DNA of 53,540 nt from Gemmatimonadaceae bacterium (GTDB lineage Bacteria > Gemmatimonadota > Gemmatimonadetes > Gemmatimonadales > Gemmatimonadaceae). The DNA lies in contig DATHGO010000095.1 of the NCBI GenBank assembly GCA_035317585.1, forward strand, positions 1 to 53,540, given 5' to 3'. Under the pieces are notes generated by a model. That model ran no database searches. It was not told the origin of the DNA and saw only the letters and a list, made by a program, of their open reading frames with translations. Shown piece by piece: positions 27,588 to 37,478 of this stretch (position 1 is its first letter; every line of letters begins with the position of its first letter). A program made the position numbers and the translations under genes.

Positions 27588-30536
27588 ATGAAAGTTCCAG
27601 CCAGCCCGCGACTGTTCCTTGTCGATGGCTATGCCCTCATTTACCGCGCCTTTTTTGCGCTCATTTCCCGGCCGCTCACCACGAGCAAAGGCGAGAATAC
27701 TTCTGCCAGCTGGGGAATCGCGAATTTTCTCCAGCGCCTCATTACCAAGCACCAACCGGAATACCTCGGCTGGGTGCATGACTCGGGTCTTTCATTCCGG
27801 CACGAGCGCTATCCCGCTTACAAAGCGACGCGCGAAAAGCTGACCGAGGAGCTTCAGTCGGATTTCGATCGCGGTATGGAGCGGATCTCTGAAATTCTGG
27901 ATGCCTACCGGATTCCGGTTTTAACGCTGCCTGGATACGAAGCCGACGATGTAATCGGGACGCTCGTCGCAAAGAGTGTCGAAGCAGGGGTGAACGTGGT
28001 AGTGGTATCTGGTGACAAGGATTTTCAGCAGCTGGTGAAACCGGGTGTCTGGCTGTTGAACCCCGGCCGTGGCGGACCCGCGAATGTCGAGGAGCATTGG
28101 GTAGGAGTAGAAAACGCGGATGAGCGACTTGGAGTCGCTCCCGAATTCGTCACCGACTACATGGCTCTGGTTGGTGATTCCTCTGACAATATTCCCGGCG
28201 TGCGGGGAATAGGTGACAAGACAGCCGCCGAGTTGGTGAAACAGTACGGACACCTCGAGTCGATCCTGGCTCACGCGGGAGAGATTACCAAGAAGCGTCC
28301 CAGGGAAGCACTTCTCGAGCACGCTGAAAATGCCCGGCTCTCGAAGGAATTAGTAACAATTCGTGCCGATCTAGAAGTTCTGTTCGACCTCGATTCGCTC
28401 AGCATAAAGGCGCCCGACTACCAGCGGCTTCGCGAGCTGTTCATAGAGCTGGAGTTCCACTCGCTCGCGAAAGACATCGCCGTACAGGAGCCAGTCGAGC
28501 AACAGAAGCCGAAGAAACTGCTCAATTACGTGACGGTCGACACCGTTGAAGGGCTGCACGACGCGGTGAAACGTGCCCGTGAGGCAAAGGTGATATCTCT
28601 GGCCACCGAAGCCTTGGTGAATCCAGATAGTCCGCAGCTGGCCGACCCTCTTCGCTCATCGCTTATCTCGATCGCGATTGCCACCGGTGAAGGTGAGGCT
28701 TTCTACTTTCCTCTCCGTCATCGGCTTGCCCAGGGCGGGCAGGGAGAGCTGCTCGTCGACGCTGCGGGAGATCGATCAGCGACTGACGCGTCCGAAGATA
28801 GAGGTTTGATTCGGGGCGGGGACGAAGTGTTTCCGGACGTCCCCAAGAAAAAGAAAGCCAATGGTGACTCGCAAAGCATCGCCGCAAGGATGCTGCGGCA
28901 GAACCGTCCGACACACGTGCGCAATCTTCCCGCGCTCGACTCGCCGGAGATGAGCCCACTAAAGGATCTTCTCGAGGATCCTTCGGTGCGTAAGACGGCC
29001 CAAAACGCGAAATTCGACCTCCTTCTGCTGCGTTGCGTGGGGGTGCACCTCGCGGGTCTGGATTTCGATACGATGCTTGCCAGCTATGTACTCGACCCAG
29101 GCCGCCGCTCTCACGGCCTCGATGTTCTGGCGCTTGAGTTTCTCGACCACACGATGACATCGTACGCTGACCTGTGTGGCAAAGGTCGGTCAGCGATCCC
29201 GTTTGATGAGTGTCCTGTCGAAGCAGCTCGTGACTATTCCTGCGAGGATGCTGACATGGCTTTGCGGCTTCGCAGGATCTTTGAGCCGCAGCTCGAGTCG
29301 CACGAGCTGACGCGCCTTCTGGATGGCGTTGAGATTCCTCTCGTCGATGTGCTGGCCGAGATGGAATGGACGGGAATCGCAATCGATCTGCCTCTGTTCG
29401 CATCGCTCAAGCAGCGCTTCCAGACCGAGAGGGAAACAGTGGAGCGGCAGATCTACGAGACAGCGGGGACAGAATTCAACATCAATTCGAATCCTCAGCT
29501 CCGCGAGATACTCTTCGAGAAACTCAATCTGCCAATTTTGAAGAGAACGAGCACCGGTCCTTCAACCGACGTAAGTGTTCTCACCGAGCTAGCCGAGGAG
29601 GGCCATGCATTACCCAAGCTCCTCATGGATTATCGCGAGCTTTCAAAGCTCGAGAACACATATCTCGATGCCCTCCCACGGCTTGTAAATCCGAAGACGG
29701 GAAGGCTGCATACATCGTACAGTCAGACAGTCGCTTCGACTGGCCGGCTTTCGTCGAGTGATCCAAACCTCCAGAACATTCCGATCCGGCGTGAGCTCGG
29801 TCGCGACATTCGTCGAGGCTTCATCCCGCGAAAAGGCTGGGAGCTACTGGCTGCAGACTATTCGCAGATCGAGCTCCGCCTGCTGGCGCACCTATCCCGG
29901 GATGCGGCATTCGTGGAAGCGTTTCAGGCCGGCGGCGACATTCATCGCCAGACAGCGGCTTTGATCTTTGATGTCCCGCTGTCCGAAGTGACCAGTACGA
30001 TGCGCAGCCGCGCCAAGACCATCAACTTCGCCACGATTTATGGCCAAGGCCCGCACGCTCTTTCGCGCCAGCTTGGAATTGAGCACGCCGAGGCAAAGGA
30101 GTTCATCGCTCGCTACTTCGAGCGATTTCAGGGCGTCAGAAACTATCTCGATGCAATGGTCGCGTTCGCTCGCGAGAATGGATACGTCCAAACGATCTTT
30201 GGGCGGCGACGCTACATCCCGGAGCTGCGCGAGCGGAACTTCAACATCCGTGCTTTCGGCGAGAGAACCGCGGCCAATTCACCGATTCAGGGCTCAGCGG
30301 CCGATCTCATTAAAATCGCGATGATCAGGATCGATGACACGCTCAGAACCAAAGAGCTGCAGAGCAAGATGCTGCTGCAGGTTCACGATGAGCTTGTCTT
30401 CGAGGTATTGCCGGACGAGATGAATCAGGTTCAGGAACTGGTGAAATTTGAGATGGAGCATGCAGCCGAACTATCTGTCCCGCTCGTGGTCGATCTCGGG
30501 GTCGGAGAGAACTGGCTTGAAACGAAGCTCCCTTGA
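27588..30536 (+). CDS. polA: DNA polymerase I
   Basis: LVDG...YRAFF, YKA.R, EADD, GDKD, GD.SDN.PGV.GIG, TGRLSS..PNLQNIP, DYSQIELR and QVHDEL. Start placed at ATG 27588. Confidence 0.98.
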   Translation: MKVPASPRLFLVDGYALIYRAFFALISRPLTTSKGENTSASWGIANFLQRLITKHQPEYLGWVHDSGLSFRHERYPAYKATREKLTEELQSDFDRGMERISEILDAYRIPVLTLPGYEADDVIGTLVAKSVEAGVNVVVVSGDKDFQQLVKPGVWLLNPGRGGPANVEEHWVGVENADERLGVAPEFVTDYMALVGDSSDNIPGVRGIGDKTAAELVKQYGHLESILAHAGEITKKRPREALLEHAENARLSKELVTIRADLEVLFDLDSLSIKAPDYQRLRELFIELEFHSLAKDIAVQEPVEQQKPKKLLNYVTVDTVEGLHDAVKRAREAKVISLATEALVNPDSPQLADPLRSSLISIAIATGEGEAFYFPLRHRLAQGGQGELLVDAAGDRSATDASEDRGLIRGGDEVFPDVPKKKKANGDSQSIAARMLRQNRPTHVRNLPALDSPEMSPLKDLLEDPSVRKTAQNAKFDLLLLRCVGVHLAGLDFDTMLASYVLDPGRRSHGLDVLALEFLDHTMTSYADLCGKGRSAIPFDECPVEAARDYSCEDADMALRLRRIFEPQLESHELTRLLDGVEIPLVDVLAEMEWTGIAIDLPLFASLKQRFQTERETVERQIYETAGTEFNINSNPQLREILFEKLNLPILKRTSTGPSTDVSVLTELAEEGHALPKLLMDYRELSKLENTYLDALPRLVNPKTGRLHTSYSQTVASTGRLSSSDPNLQNIPIRRELGRDIRRGFIPRKGWELLAADYSQIELRLLAHLSRDAAFVEAFQAGGDIHRQTAALIFDVPLSEVTSTMRSRAKTINFATIYGQGPHALSRQLGIEHAEAKEFIARYFERFQGVRNYLDAMVAFARENGYVQTIFGRRRYIPELRERNFNIRAFGERTAANSPIQGSAADLIKIAMIRIDDTLRTKELQSKMLLQVHDELVFEVLPDEMNQVQELVKFEMEHAAELSVPLVVDLGVGENWLETKLP

Positions 30537-30537
30537 G

Positions 30538-31512
30538 CTAGTACCGGCGAGGATGCTGCTCGAACGCCGCCCAGTATGCGCCGCTCAATAGTCCCGCGAG
30601 ATAGAGGCCACCGATCCAGAAGGAATGGACGAGCATGCCGACGACCGCGAGGTGAACAACGTACGTGAGAAGCACGAACCCGATTCCGAACACTATCGTC
30701 AGCATCGCGGGCTGATCGGCATCGGTACTCTGCTTCACCGCAAAGTTTCTTGCCATTCTCACCGGGAACCGGTGAGTGAAGCGGCCCCACGAAGCCGCAA
30801 GCGTGATGAGCCCCTCTTTCAATGAGTCAATTCTCTGCCCGACGTCGACTCCTTCCCCGAGCGGTAGGGCCGCCTCTTCTGAAATGCCGCGAAGACGTGT
30901 GGCGATCTCCTCAGTCAAGGCAACGTGGTCGGTAGTCGGCCACGAGTCCATCTCGATCGGCTCCCCGATGCGTGCTCCAACGACCGTACCTGGTACGCCC
31001 TTGTCCTCGAATATGAGCCCGATCGGCAGAATCGTAACTCCCTTGATGAAGCGCTCATCCCTCGCTCGCAGCGCGAGTCTTGCCAGGCCTGTCTTGAGCG
31101 GCTCGAGACCGACCTCATTGTGGCTCTTGCCTTCTGGAAAAATGAGGACCGCTCGACGTTGCTCGAGGAGATTTAGTATCTCTCGGAAGGCTTCCGTATT
31201 GCGCGAACGATCGGCTGCAGATCCGTTTGATTTCTCCGCCTCGTCGCTTACCCGGCGAAGCGGAACGACGCCAAGAATCCTGAACAGCAATACGATCAGC
31301 GGGTTTTCAGTCAGCGTGGCCTTGGCGGTCATCGCAATCCTCCGAGGCACGACCCACGCTACGATCAGTGAGTCGACGAGTGCGTTCTGATGGTTTGCCG
31401 CAATGAGAAGTGGTACCCTGGCCGGAATCCGCTCCCTCCCTGTGATACGGATGTCGCGATAGAACCAGTGGAGTGCAATTCCATTGACCCACCTCAGGAC
31501 GCTGTAGATCAT
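30538..31512 (-). CDS. Lysophospholipid/glycerol-phosphate acyltransferase (PlsC-like)
   Basis: NHQNALVD, FPEG.S and C-terminal TMs. ATGA overlap with the MFS gene. Confidence 0.85.
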   Translation of the reverse strand: MIYSVLRWVNGIALHWFYRDIRITGRERIPARVPLLIAANHQNALVDSLIVAWVVPRRIAMTAKATLTENPLIVLLFRILGVVPLRRVSDEAEKSNGSAADRSRNTEAFREILNLLEQRRAVLIFPEGKSHNEVGLEPLKTGLARLALRARDERFIKGVTILPIGLIFEDKGVPGTVVGARIGEPIEMDSWPTTDHVALTEEIATRLRGISEEAALPLGEGVDVGQRIDSLKEGLITLAASWGRFTHRFPVRMARNFAVKQSTDADQPAMLTIVFGIGFVLLTYVVHLAVVGMLVHSFWIGGLYLAGLLSGAYWAAFEQHPRRY

Positions 31513-32978
31513 CGCGAGCGGACCGTTCGGGTAAAGTTGTCGGGAACGCCGCGCAACATCCAAAGCGCAAGCGTCATCCCAATCGCGACAGTCATCACGC
31601 CAGCCCGGTAAGCGAAGCCGATTCCCATTGAAGGCGTAAGTCCATCTACCGCGAATGCCCACACGAATGGACCTACTACTGCCGCGGCTCGCGATGAGAG
31701 AACCATGAGGCTGAAGAATCGGCCCGCCTCGACATCAGGAACCAGGCTGAGAAGGAGCGGACGTTCCGCTGTGGCAACGCCTCCGTAAATCAGCCCTATG
31801 CACGCGCCCACAATCCAAAAGGCGGTCCTCGATGGAACGACGATCATCGAGATAAGGAGCAGGATCCAGCCGGCAAGAACCCACGATAGAGTTCGCTTAG
31901 GCCCGAAGCGATCTACCAGACGTCCAATGCCATAACTCCCGATGACAGCCGGAACCGTCAGAATCACGAACAGCGTCGCCTCGGAGCCCTTGACGAATCC
32001 CATCGCGAAAATTGCGTAAAGAGCCATGTTTGCGATGATCGTTCCCATGGCGTCCTGATACAGGAACGATGTCAGGATGAACCGCAGTGTTCCGGGATAC
32101 TTTCTTGCCTCGTCCAGCGTGTGCTGGACATCACGGAAAGCCTCGCGCCACGACACACTCTTTTTCCCGCGGATTACGTTGTGATCCCGACAGAAGAGGA
32201 ATAGCGGCAGCGAGAAGAGAAGAAAGAGAATCGCGGTCGGCACGAATGTGGAAACACGGCCGCCGTGTGTCGTGAAGGGAACGGCGCTTCTCAGGAAACC
32301 GATCACCCGGTCCGGAATTGCTCCGAGTATCGGCATTTGCCCAGTGAAAAAGGGGAATGTCAGGAGAACGCCGGTAATCGACCCGACATATCCCAGTGCG
32401 GCGCCCATGCCGGAAAGTCGTCCACGGTGGTCCACCGGAACCAGCTCCGGCATCATCGCATTGTAAAAAGGCTGCGCACCCTGATATGCGTAATTCGCGA
32501 TCGTAAAAGCTGCGAGCACTCCAAATAGAGCGATCCCAGGCGATACGAGATGATGAGATCCGGTCGCTGTTACGCCCTCTCCGATCAATGGCAGCCCCGT
32601 CTGGCCGAGGATGGCCATTGCAATGGTCGACAGGCACGCGATCAAGGTGAAGCCCACTACCCACGGCTTTCGTCGCTGCGTCTCGTCGGAAATAGCGCCA
32701 AAGACCGGGATCGATACGACGACGAGAGCGGATGCGATCCCATTTACCACCGCGTACAGAGTATTCGAGTGTCCGAGATCTGCTACTAGCCACGCGGCAA
32801 AGTAGAGTGTGGCGATGTTCATCGAGAACACCGTATTAGCGAAATCGTAGAGTGCCCAGCTGAGGCGCTCTCTGAAGGGCGCCAGCGGCGGATTGAAGTC
32901 TCCTGCTGGAGTGACGCTGATAATGTCGCCGGCGGCCTGCTCTGCTTTAGTGGTCGAACCGATTGTCAGCGATTCCAT
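31509..32978 (-). CDS. MFS transporter (UMF1/Atg22-like)
   Basis: SWALYDFAN, G.ISD...RRK, FYNAMMP and GR.SG.G..LGY.G; about 12 TMs. Confidence 0.88.
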   Translation of the reverse strand: MESLTIGSTTKAEQAAGDIISVTPAGDFNPPLAPFRERLSWALYDFANTVFSMNIATLYFAAWLVADLGHSNTLYAVVNGIASALVVVSIPVFGAISDETQRRKPWVVGFTLIACLSTIAMAILGQTGLPLIGEGVTATGSHHLVSPGIALFGVLAAFTIANYAYQGAQPFYNAMMPELVPVDHRGRLSGMGAALGYVGSITGVLLTFPFFTGQMPILGAIPDRVIGFLRSAVPFTTHGGRVSTFVPTAILFLLFSLPLFLFCRDHNVIRGKKSVSWREAFRDVQHTLDEARKYPGTLRFILTSFLYQDAMGTIIANMALYAIFAMGFVKGSEATLFVILTVPAVIGSYGIGRLVDRFGPKRTLSWVLAGWILLLISMIVVPSRTAFWIVGACIGLIYGGVATAERPLLLSLVPDVEAGRFFSLMVLSSRAAAVVGPFVWAFAVDGLTPSMGIGFAYRAGVMTVAIGMTLALWMLRGVPDNFTRTVRSR

Positions 32979-33107
32979 TTGTTAGCCTCTTGCGGTGGCC
33001 TCACGTGTGTACACTACATCGATCAGTAGCGGCTCTAAATACGTACGGTGACGTAGCAGGCGATACGTACTCTCGACGCTATACGAAGTCGACGACAAAT
33101 TACTCCT

Positions 33108-34028
33108 ATGATTCTTCGTGCAGCGGGTCTCTCTTTGCCGGTACTGCTGGTTGTTAGTATCGCCTCATGTCGGGACAAGACGCGAGATGCAGCCGACTCG
33201 GCTCGAGCATCGCTGCCGGCGGTTTACCCCGCGAACCCGTTGGGGAACACGAATTGGAATGTCGATGCCGGACCCGTGATGATCGTTTCCAGGGCGAGCG
33301 GGGATACCATTGCAATTGTGCTCCCCGAAGCAACGGACAGCACGATCGAGTCGCTTCAAGGCGTTAGCCCGCCAATGTCAGGCGTCACGTTCGATCTGTT
33401 CGGGCGAGGTGGAAGAATCGCATCGTCCGTTGGCGTGTTACTACTTCCTCCCGTCGATGTGAAGCAGGAGTGTGACTCGTGGCCTCTGGCCAAATTGCGG
33501 TCAGCACATTCAAACTGGCGAGTGGGGTTTTCGAGCGGTCGTGTTCACGCGATCGTGCTCGACTCGATTGAGGCAATGCCAAGCGCTGATTCGGCCGCAC
33601 TTGCTGCATCTCTTGCACAAATGGCGGCGACACTACCCATCGCTTCTGATCCGACGTTCAGGGGCCTTCCCTTCAGGGTCCGCTCAGCGTACACGTTCCG
33701 GCTCGACTCCATCGATGCGGTAATTGCGGATGTCGTTCGAAGCGTGAATGAAGAAGCGAATCCAAGGCTCGAGCATCTTCTCATTATCGGTGAACGACCA
33801 ATAGGAACGAGGGGCAAGTACAACCTCCGTTACTTCAGCAGAACGGCAGGCGCTGAGGAGTCCACGCAAGCGACGGAGATGCTGGCGGCAGTACAGATCG
33901 GGGCGGAGAAACGTCCTGCAATCGTCGTCAACATCGAATATGACGATGGCGGCAAACTCGGGCTCATCGAACGCACCGGCCCGGACGAGTGGCGCGCTAC
34001 TTGGAAAAGTGCCTACACTGATTGCTGA
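33108..34028 (+). CDS. Hypothetical lipoprotein
   Basis: Lipobox-like VSIASC; 306-aa ORF filling the gap. Confidence 0.65.
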   Translation: MILRAAGLSLPVLLVVSIASCRDKTRDAADSARASLPAVYPANPLGNTNWNVDAGPVMIVSRASGDTIAIVLPEATDSTIESLQGVSPPMSGVTFDLFGRGGRIASSVGVLLLPPVDVKQECDSWPLAKLRSAHSNWRVGFSSGRVHAIVLDSIEAMPSADSAALAASLAQMAATLPIASDPTFRGLPFRVRSAYTFRLDSIDAVIADVVRSVNEEANPRLEHLLIIGERPIGTRGKYNLRYFSRTAGAEESTQATEMLAAVQIGAEKRPAIVVNIEYDDGGKLGLIERTGPDEWRATWKSAYTDC

Positions 34029-34062
34029 TCTTAACCAGCCCGCTGGGCGCAGGGATGATTGG

Positions 34063-34836
34063 CTAAAGGCCGGTTGGTGCGCTGACGAAACTCGATGGAA
34101 TTCCGAACTTCGCTCCTAAATGCTCCGCCAGCGCGCGGACTCCAAGCGTCTCGGTTGCGTAGTGTCCCGCATAAATGATAGCGAGCTCGTTCTCTTCGGC
34201 GTAAACGGCGGTCCAATGTGGGCCCTCACCCACAATCAGTGTATCGATTTTCATCTTGTGTGCTTCCTTGAGTGTTTCGGTCGAAGCACCAGCGCCAGTG
34301 CATACCGCCCATCGCTTCGTTTGGCGGTTACTTCCGATGAGAGTCGCCCGTACTTCGCTTCCGTAACTCTTTGCGAATTTTCTGGCTTGCTCAATGAGCA
34401 CTGCTGTCTCGATCTGGATCTCCCCGCTCACGCCAATCGAGACTCCCTGAAATTCCGCAAACTTGGCGCTTGGCTTCAGGCCCAATTGCTTTGCGAGCAA
34501 CACGTTGTTCCCAAGTGACGGATGCAGATCGAGCGGCAGGTGTGATGAATAGACCGCGATGTCATTCTCGATCAGAACTCGTAGCCTTCTGTACGAAGCG
34601 CCAGTGATGGAAGCTGGGCCGTCCCAAAACATTCCGTGGTGAACGACGAGCAGATTGGCTTTAGCAGCAATTGCTCCATTTATAGCGCGGGTTGAAAAAT
34701 CCACAGCGGCGACAATTCCCGTAATCTCTGATCGATTCTCCAACTGGACGCCGTTCAACGCGCCGGGATAATCGGGCGTGGTTTCCGTCTGCAAAAGGGT
34801 GTCTGCGTACTCCGCAAGATCATGGATTGTCGTCAT
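34063..34836 (-). CDS. Nif3/YbgI-like dinuclear metal centre protein
   Basis: DY...NGVQ, VHHG, HLPLD.HP..GNN and AGHYATE. Confidence 0.93.
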   Translation of the reverse strand: MTTIHDLAEYADTLLQTETTPDYPGALNGVQLENRSEITGIVAAVDFSTRAINGAIAAKANLLVVHHGMFWDGPASITGASYRRLRVLIENDIAVYSSHLPLDLHPSLGNNVLLAKQLGLKPSAKFAEFQGVSIGVSGEIQIETAVLIEQARKFAKSYGSEVRATLIGSNRQTKRWAVCTGAGASTETLKEAHKMKIDTLIVGEGPHWTAVYAEENELAIIYAGHYATETLGVRALAEHLGAKFGIPSSFVSAPTGL

Positions 34837-34845
34837 TCGAATCCG

Positions 34846-34947
34846 TGTGCAGATTTGTGTGGAGAACCGACCTATTGTATGATTCCTGCCTAGTTAACGC
34901 CATATATACCAACAGGTTACAGCTCAGGTGTATAACTCTGTTGATTA
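34846..34947. promoter_or_regulatory. Cluster of DnaA-box-like 9-mers around an IHF-like site
   Basis: TGTGCAGAT 34846, TGTGGAGAA 34858, GGTGTATAA 34927 and TGTTGATTA 34939; TACCAACAGGTTA at 34907. Confidence 0.5.
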
Positions 34948-35841
34948 GTCAGGAACGCTCAGGACTTCGAGCAACCGCTCCAGGTCGTCCGGCGAATAAA
35001 AGTGAATTGTCACCGTCCCACGATTACGAGGGCCAACCTTGATTGTGGCATCCGTTTGAAGAAAACGGCGTAGCCTGTCTTCAATTCGCTTCAACTCCGG
35101 CGATTGCCGATCTGCGGTCCTCGGACGTCCCGCCTTCTTTCCACTTCTGGCGCCGCCAACCTCGCGAAGCCGTTGCTCGACTTCGCGCACCGTCAGGCCG
35201 TCTTTGACGATTTCCCGAGCGAGACCCACGATCTTCACTGGATCGTCGAGACCAAGTAGAACCTTCGCGTGGCCCATTGTCAGCTGGCCTTCCTGAAGGA
35301 GCTTCCTGACGGGCTCCGGCAACTGAAGAAGCCGTAGCATGTTTGCGATCGTCGTGCGATCCTTGCCAACCGTTTCAGCGATCTGCTGCTGAGTTAGACC
35401 GAAGTCCTGGGAAAGCCGATGGTAGCCTTCCCCTTCCTCGATCGGGTTGAGATCAGTTCGCTGAAGATTCTCGACGAGCGCCAGAGTGAGAATCGTCTTC
35501 TCGTCGATCTCCTTGATGATGGCGGGTATTTCTTTCCAGCCAAGCTTTATGGCCGCACGCAAACGACGCTCACCGGCAATGAGCTCGAATCCATCCTTCC
35601 CTGGCCGGCGCCGTACTGTTATCGGCTGCAGAAGTCCGCTCGCCTTGAGGCTTTCCTGGAGCTCAGCAAGCTCTTCAGTGTTGAACTCTTGTCGCGGCTG
35701 ATACGGGTTCCGACCGATCTGGCTGATGGGTATGGACTTTAGTGCGCCGTCATCGCTTGAGGCGAGTCCAGTAGCGCTACCCAGAAGCGCTTCGAGTCCT
35801 CGGCCGAGTCTGCGCGGCGTTTTCTCAGAGGCCACCGTCAT
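34945..35841 (-). CDS. parB: Chromosome partitioning protein ParB
   Basis: LGRGLEALL, NPYQPR, LLQPI, IAGERRLRA, ENLQR.DL and an HTH. Confidence 0.97.
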   Translation of the reverse strand: MTVASEKTPRRLGRGLEALLGSATGLASSDDGALKSIPISQIGRNPYQPRQEFNTEELAELQESLKASGLLQPITVRRRPGKDGFELIAGERRLRAAIKLGWKEIPAIIKEIDEKTILTLALVENLQRTDLNPIEEGEGYHRLSQDFGLTQQQIAETVGKDRTTIANMLRLLQLPEPVRKLLQEGQLTMGHAKVLLGLDDPVKIVGLAREIVKDGLTVREVEQRLREVGGARSGKKAGRPRTADRQSPELKRIEDRLRRFLQTDATIKVGPRNRGTVTIHFYSPDDLERLLEVLSVPD

Positions 35842-36613
35842 CTCCTTGAGCGGTTCGTTCGATTAGCTCCTTCGCGACGTTCATGTAGGCCTGTGCTCCC
35901 ACCGATGCGACATCGTAAAGAATGATAGGCTTTCCGAAACTTGGTGCCTCTGCCAGGCGGACGTTCCGTGGTACGACGTTCTTGAATACCTTCGGACCGA
36001 AGTACTCTCTCGCGTCTTCGGCGACCTGTCTCGAGAGATTGAGACGAGAGTCGTACATGGTGAGCAGAACGCCGTCGATACCAAGTTTTTCGTTAGCACT
36101 GTGCTGAACGCGGTGCACCGTATTCAGCAGCTGCGACAGACCTTCGAGTGCGTAGTACTCACACTGGAGAGGAATGAGCAGAGCATCAGCTGCCACCAGC
36201 ATGTTGATCGTGATGAGCCCAAGCGAAGGTGGACAGTCGATGATGACGTAGTCGTAGTCTTCCCGAAGCGACTCGACCGCTCCGCTCATGACATGATCGC
36301 GATCGCTCTTGTCAACCAGCTCCACTTCAGCGGCAGCTAGATCTGGAGTTGCGCCGACAACATCCAATTTCTCAAACTGAATTGAAGACTGTCGAGAAGA
36401 TCTGAGGTCTGAGTTTCCGACCAGAACGTCGTAGAGCGAGAGGGGGACGTTCTCCTTTTGGAGTCCGACACCACTGGTCGCGTTGCCCTGGGGGTCGGCG
36501 TCGATGAGCAGAGTTCGTTGTTCCGCAGCGGCGAGACTCGCGGCCAGGTTTACCGCGGTGGTCGTTTTACCGACGCCGCCCTTCTGATTTGCGATTGCGA
36601 TTATTCGCGCCAC
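35825..36613 (-). CDS. parA: Chromosome partitioning ATPase ParA/Soj
   Basis: NQKGGVGKTTT, DADPQGNAT, DCPPSLG, QCEYYALEG and RLAEAPSFG. GTG start at 36613. Confidence 0.97.
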   Translation of the reverse strand: MARIIAIANQKGGVGKTTTAVNLAASLAAAEQRTLLIDADPQGNATSGVGLQKENVPLSLYDVLVGNSDLRSSRQSSIQFEKLDVVGATPDLAAAEVELVDKSDRDHVMSGAVESLREDYDYVIIDCPPSLGLITINMLVAADALLIPLQCEYYALEGLSQLLNTVHRVQHSANEKLGIDGVLLTMYDSRLNLSRQVAEDAREYFGPKVFKNVVPRNVRLAEAPSFGKPIILYDVASVGAQAYMNVAKELIERTAQGDDGGL

Positions 36614-36661
36614 GAGATGCCGGTGGAGGTATAGCACCCAATCTACCCACCGACTGGAGGG

Positions 36662-36703
36662 GTTTCCACGTGGAACGAGAATCTGAGTGTTCCACGTGGA
36701 AAC
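36662..36703. promoter_or_regulatory. Two parS sites
   Basis: GTTTCCACGTGGAACG (36662) and TGTTCCACGTGGAAAC (36688), close to TGTTNCACGTGAAACA, about 50 bp upstream of parA. Confidence 0.88.
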
Positions 36704-36706
36704 AGG

Positions 36707-37429
36707 CTACTGCCCCGGAACGAATCTCCAGCGAGTGCTTACTTCGACCGAGAGCGTCTCCTCTCCCGCATTGATTGGCGTCGCATCCATTTGTGCAACG
36801 CCAGCTACCCGAGACATCATCATTGGGCGCGGCGGCGGAGGGGAGTACGCTCCGATATTGATCTCGATTAATGTACCAAGGGATCCATGAGCCGCTCGTG
36901 CAGCGGCCTCCGCATCGGCCCGGGCCTTCTCTATTGCCGTCGCAATCGCACTCCTGCGAGCTGTCTCAGTGTTGGAGGCATAGAACTGGAGCGACGTAAT
37001 CATATTGGCTCCGTGAGATAATGCGGCATCTATGACTGGACCGACCTGGGTCAGTTTCCGGACGTCGACCAGAATGGTGTTCGTCACATTGTAGGCAACG
37101 ACTACCGGCTCCTTTCCTTGCTCGTAACGCTGCTCCGGATAGACGTTGTAGTTAATGGTCGACAACTGATCGCTCCCCAACCCAAGTGCCCGAAGTGCAG
37201 CTAAAACCGATTGCTGCTTGGTAGCGTTTTCTGCCGCAGCGGCCGCGGCAGTTGTGGCCCGGGTCTGAACGCTTACCTGGATAGTCGCCCTGTCAGGCGA
37301 GACCTTTACCTCGCCCCGTCCGGTAACAGCAATCTGGGGGATCGCGTCGTTTGTCGCCCGACTGTCCTGAGACTGTGCCGTTAGTGGCGCTACAACAGCT
37401 GTAAGCAGTACCAAAGATCTGATTTTCAT
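36707..37429 (-). CDS. SIMPL/DUF541 domain periplasmic protein
   Basis: Signal peptide, VTGRGEV...PDRA, A...ARA.AE..A and a final beta strand. Confidence 0.88.
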   Translation of the reverse strand: MKIRSLVLLTAVVAPLTAQSQDSRATNDAIPQIAVTGRGEVKVSPDRATIQVSVQTRATTAAAAAAENATKQQSVLAALRALGLGSDQLSTINYNVYPEQRYEQGKEPVVVAYNVTNTILVDVRKLTQVGPVIDAALSHGANMITSLQFYASNTETARRSAIATAIEKARADAEAAARAAHGSLGTLIEINIGAYSPPPPRPMMMSRVAGVAQMDATPINAGEETLSVEVSTRWRFVPGQ

Positions 37430-37478
37430 ACGTCGATGTCTCGAAAAAAGGGAATGTTAGTAAGTAAAGACAAGACGT

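Noticed and set aside
28719-28920. Intein in polA
   Set aside because: Too short, with no Cys/Ser...His-Asn splice motifs.
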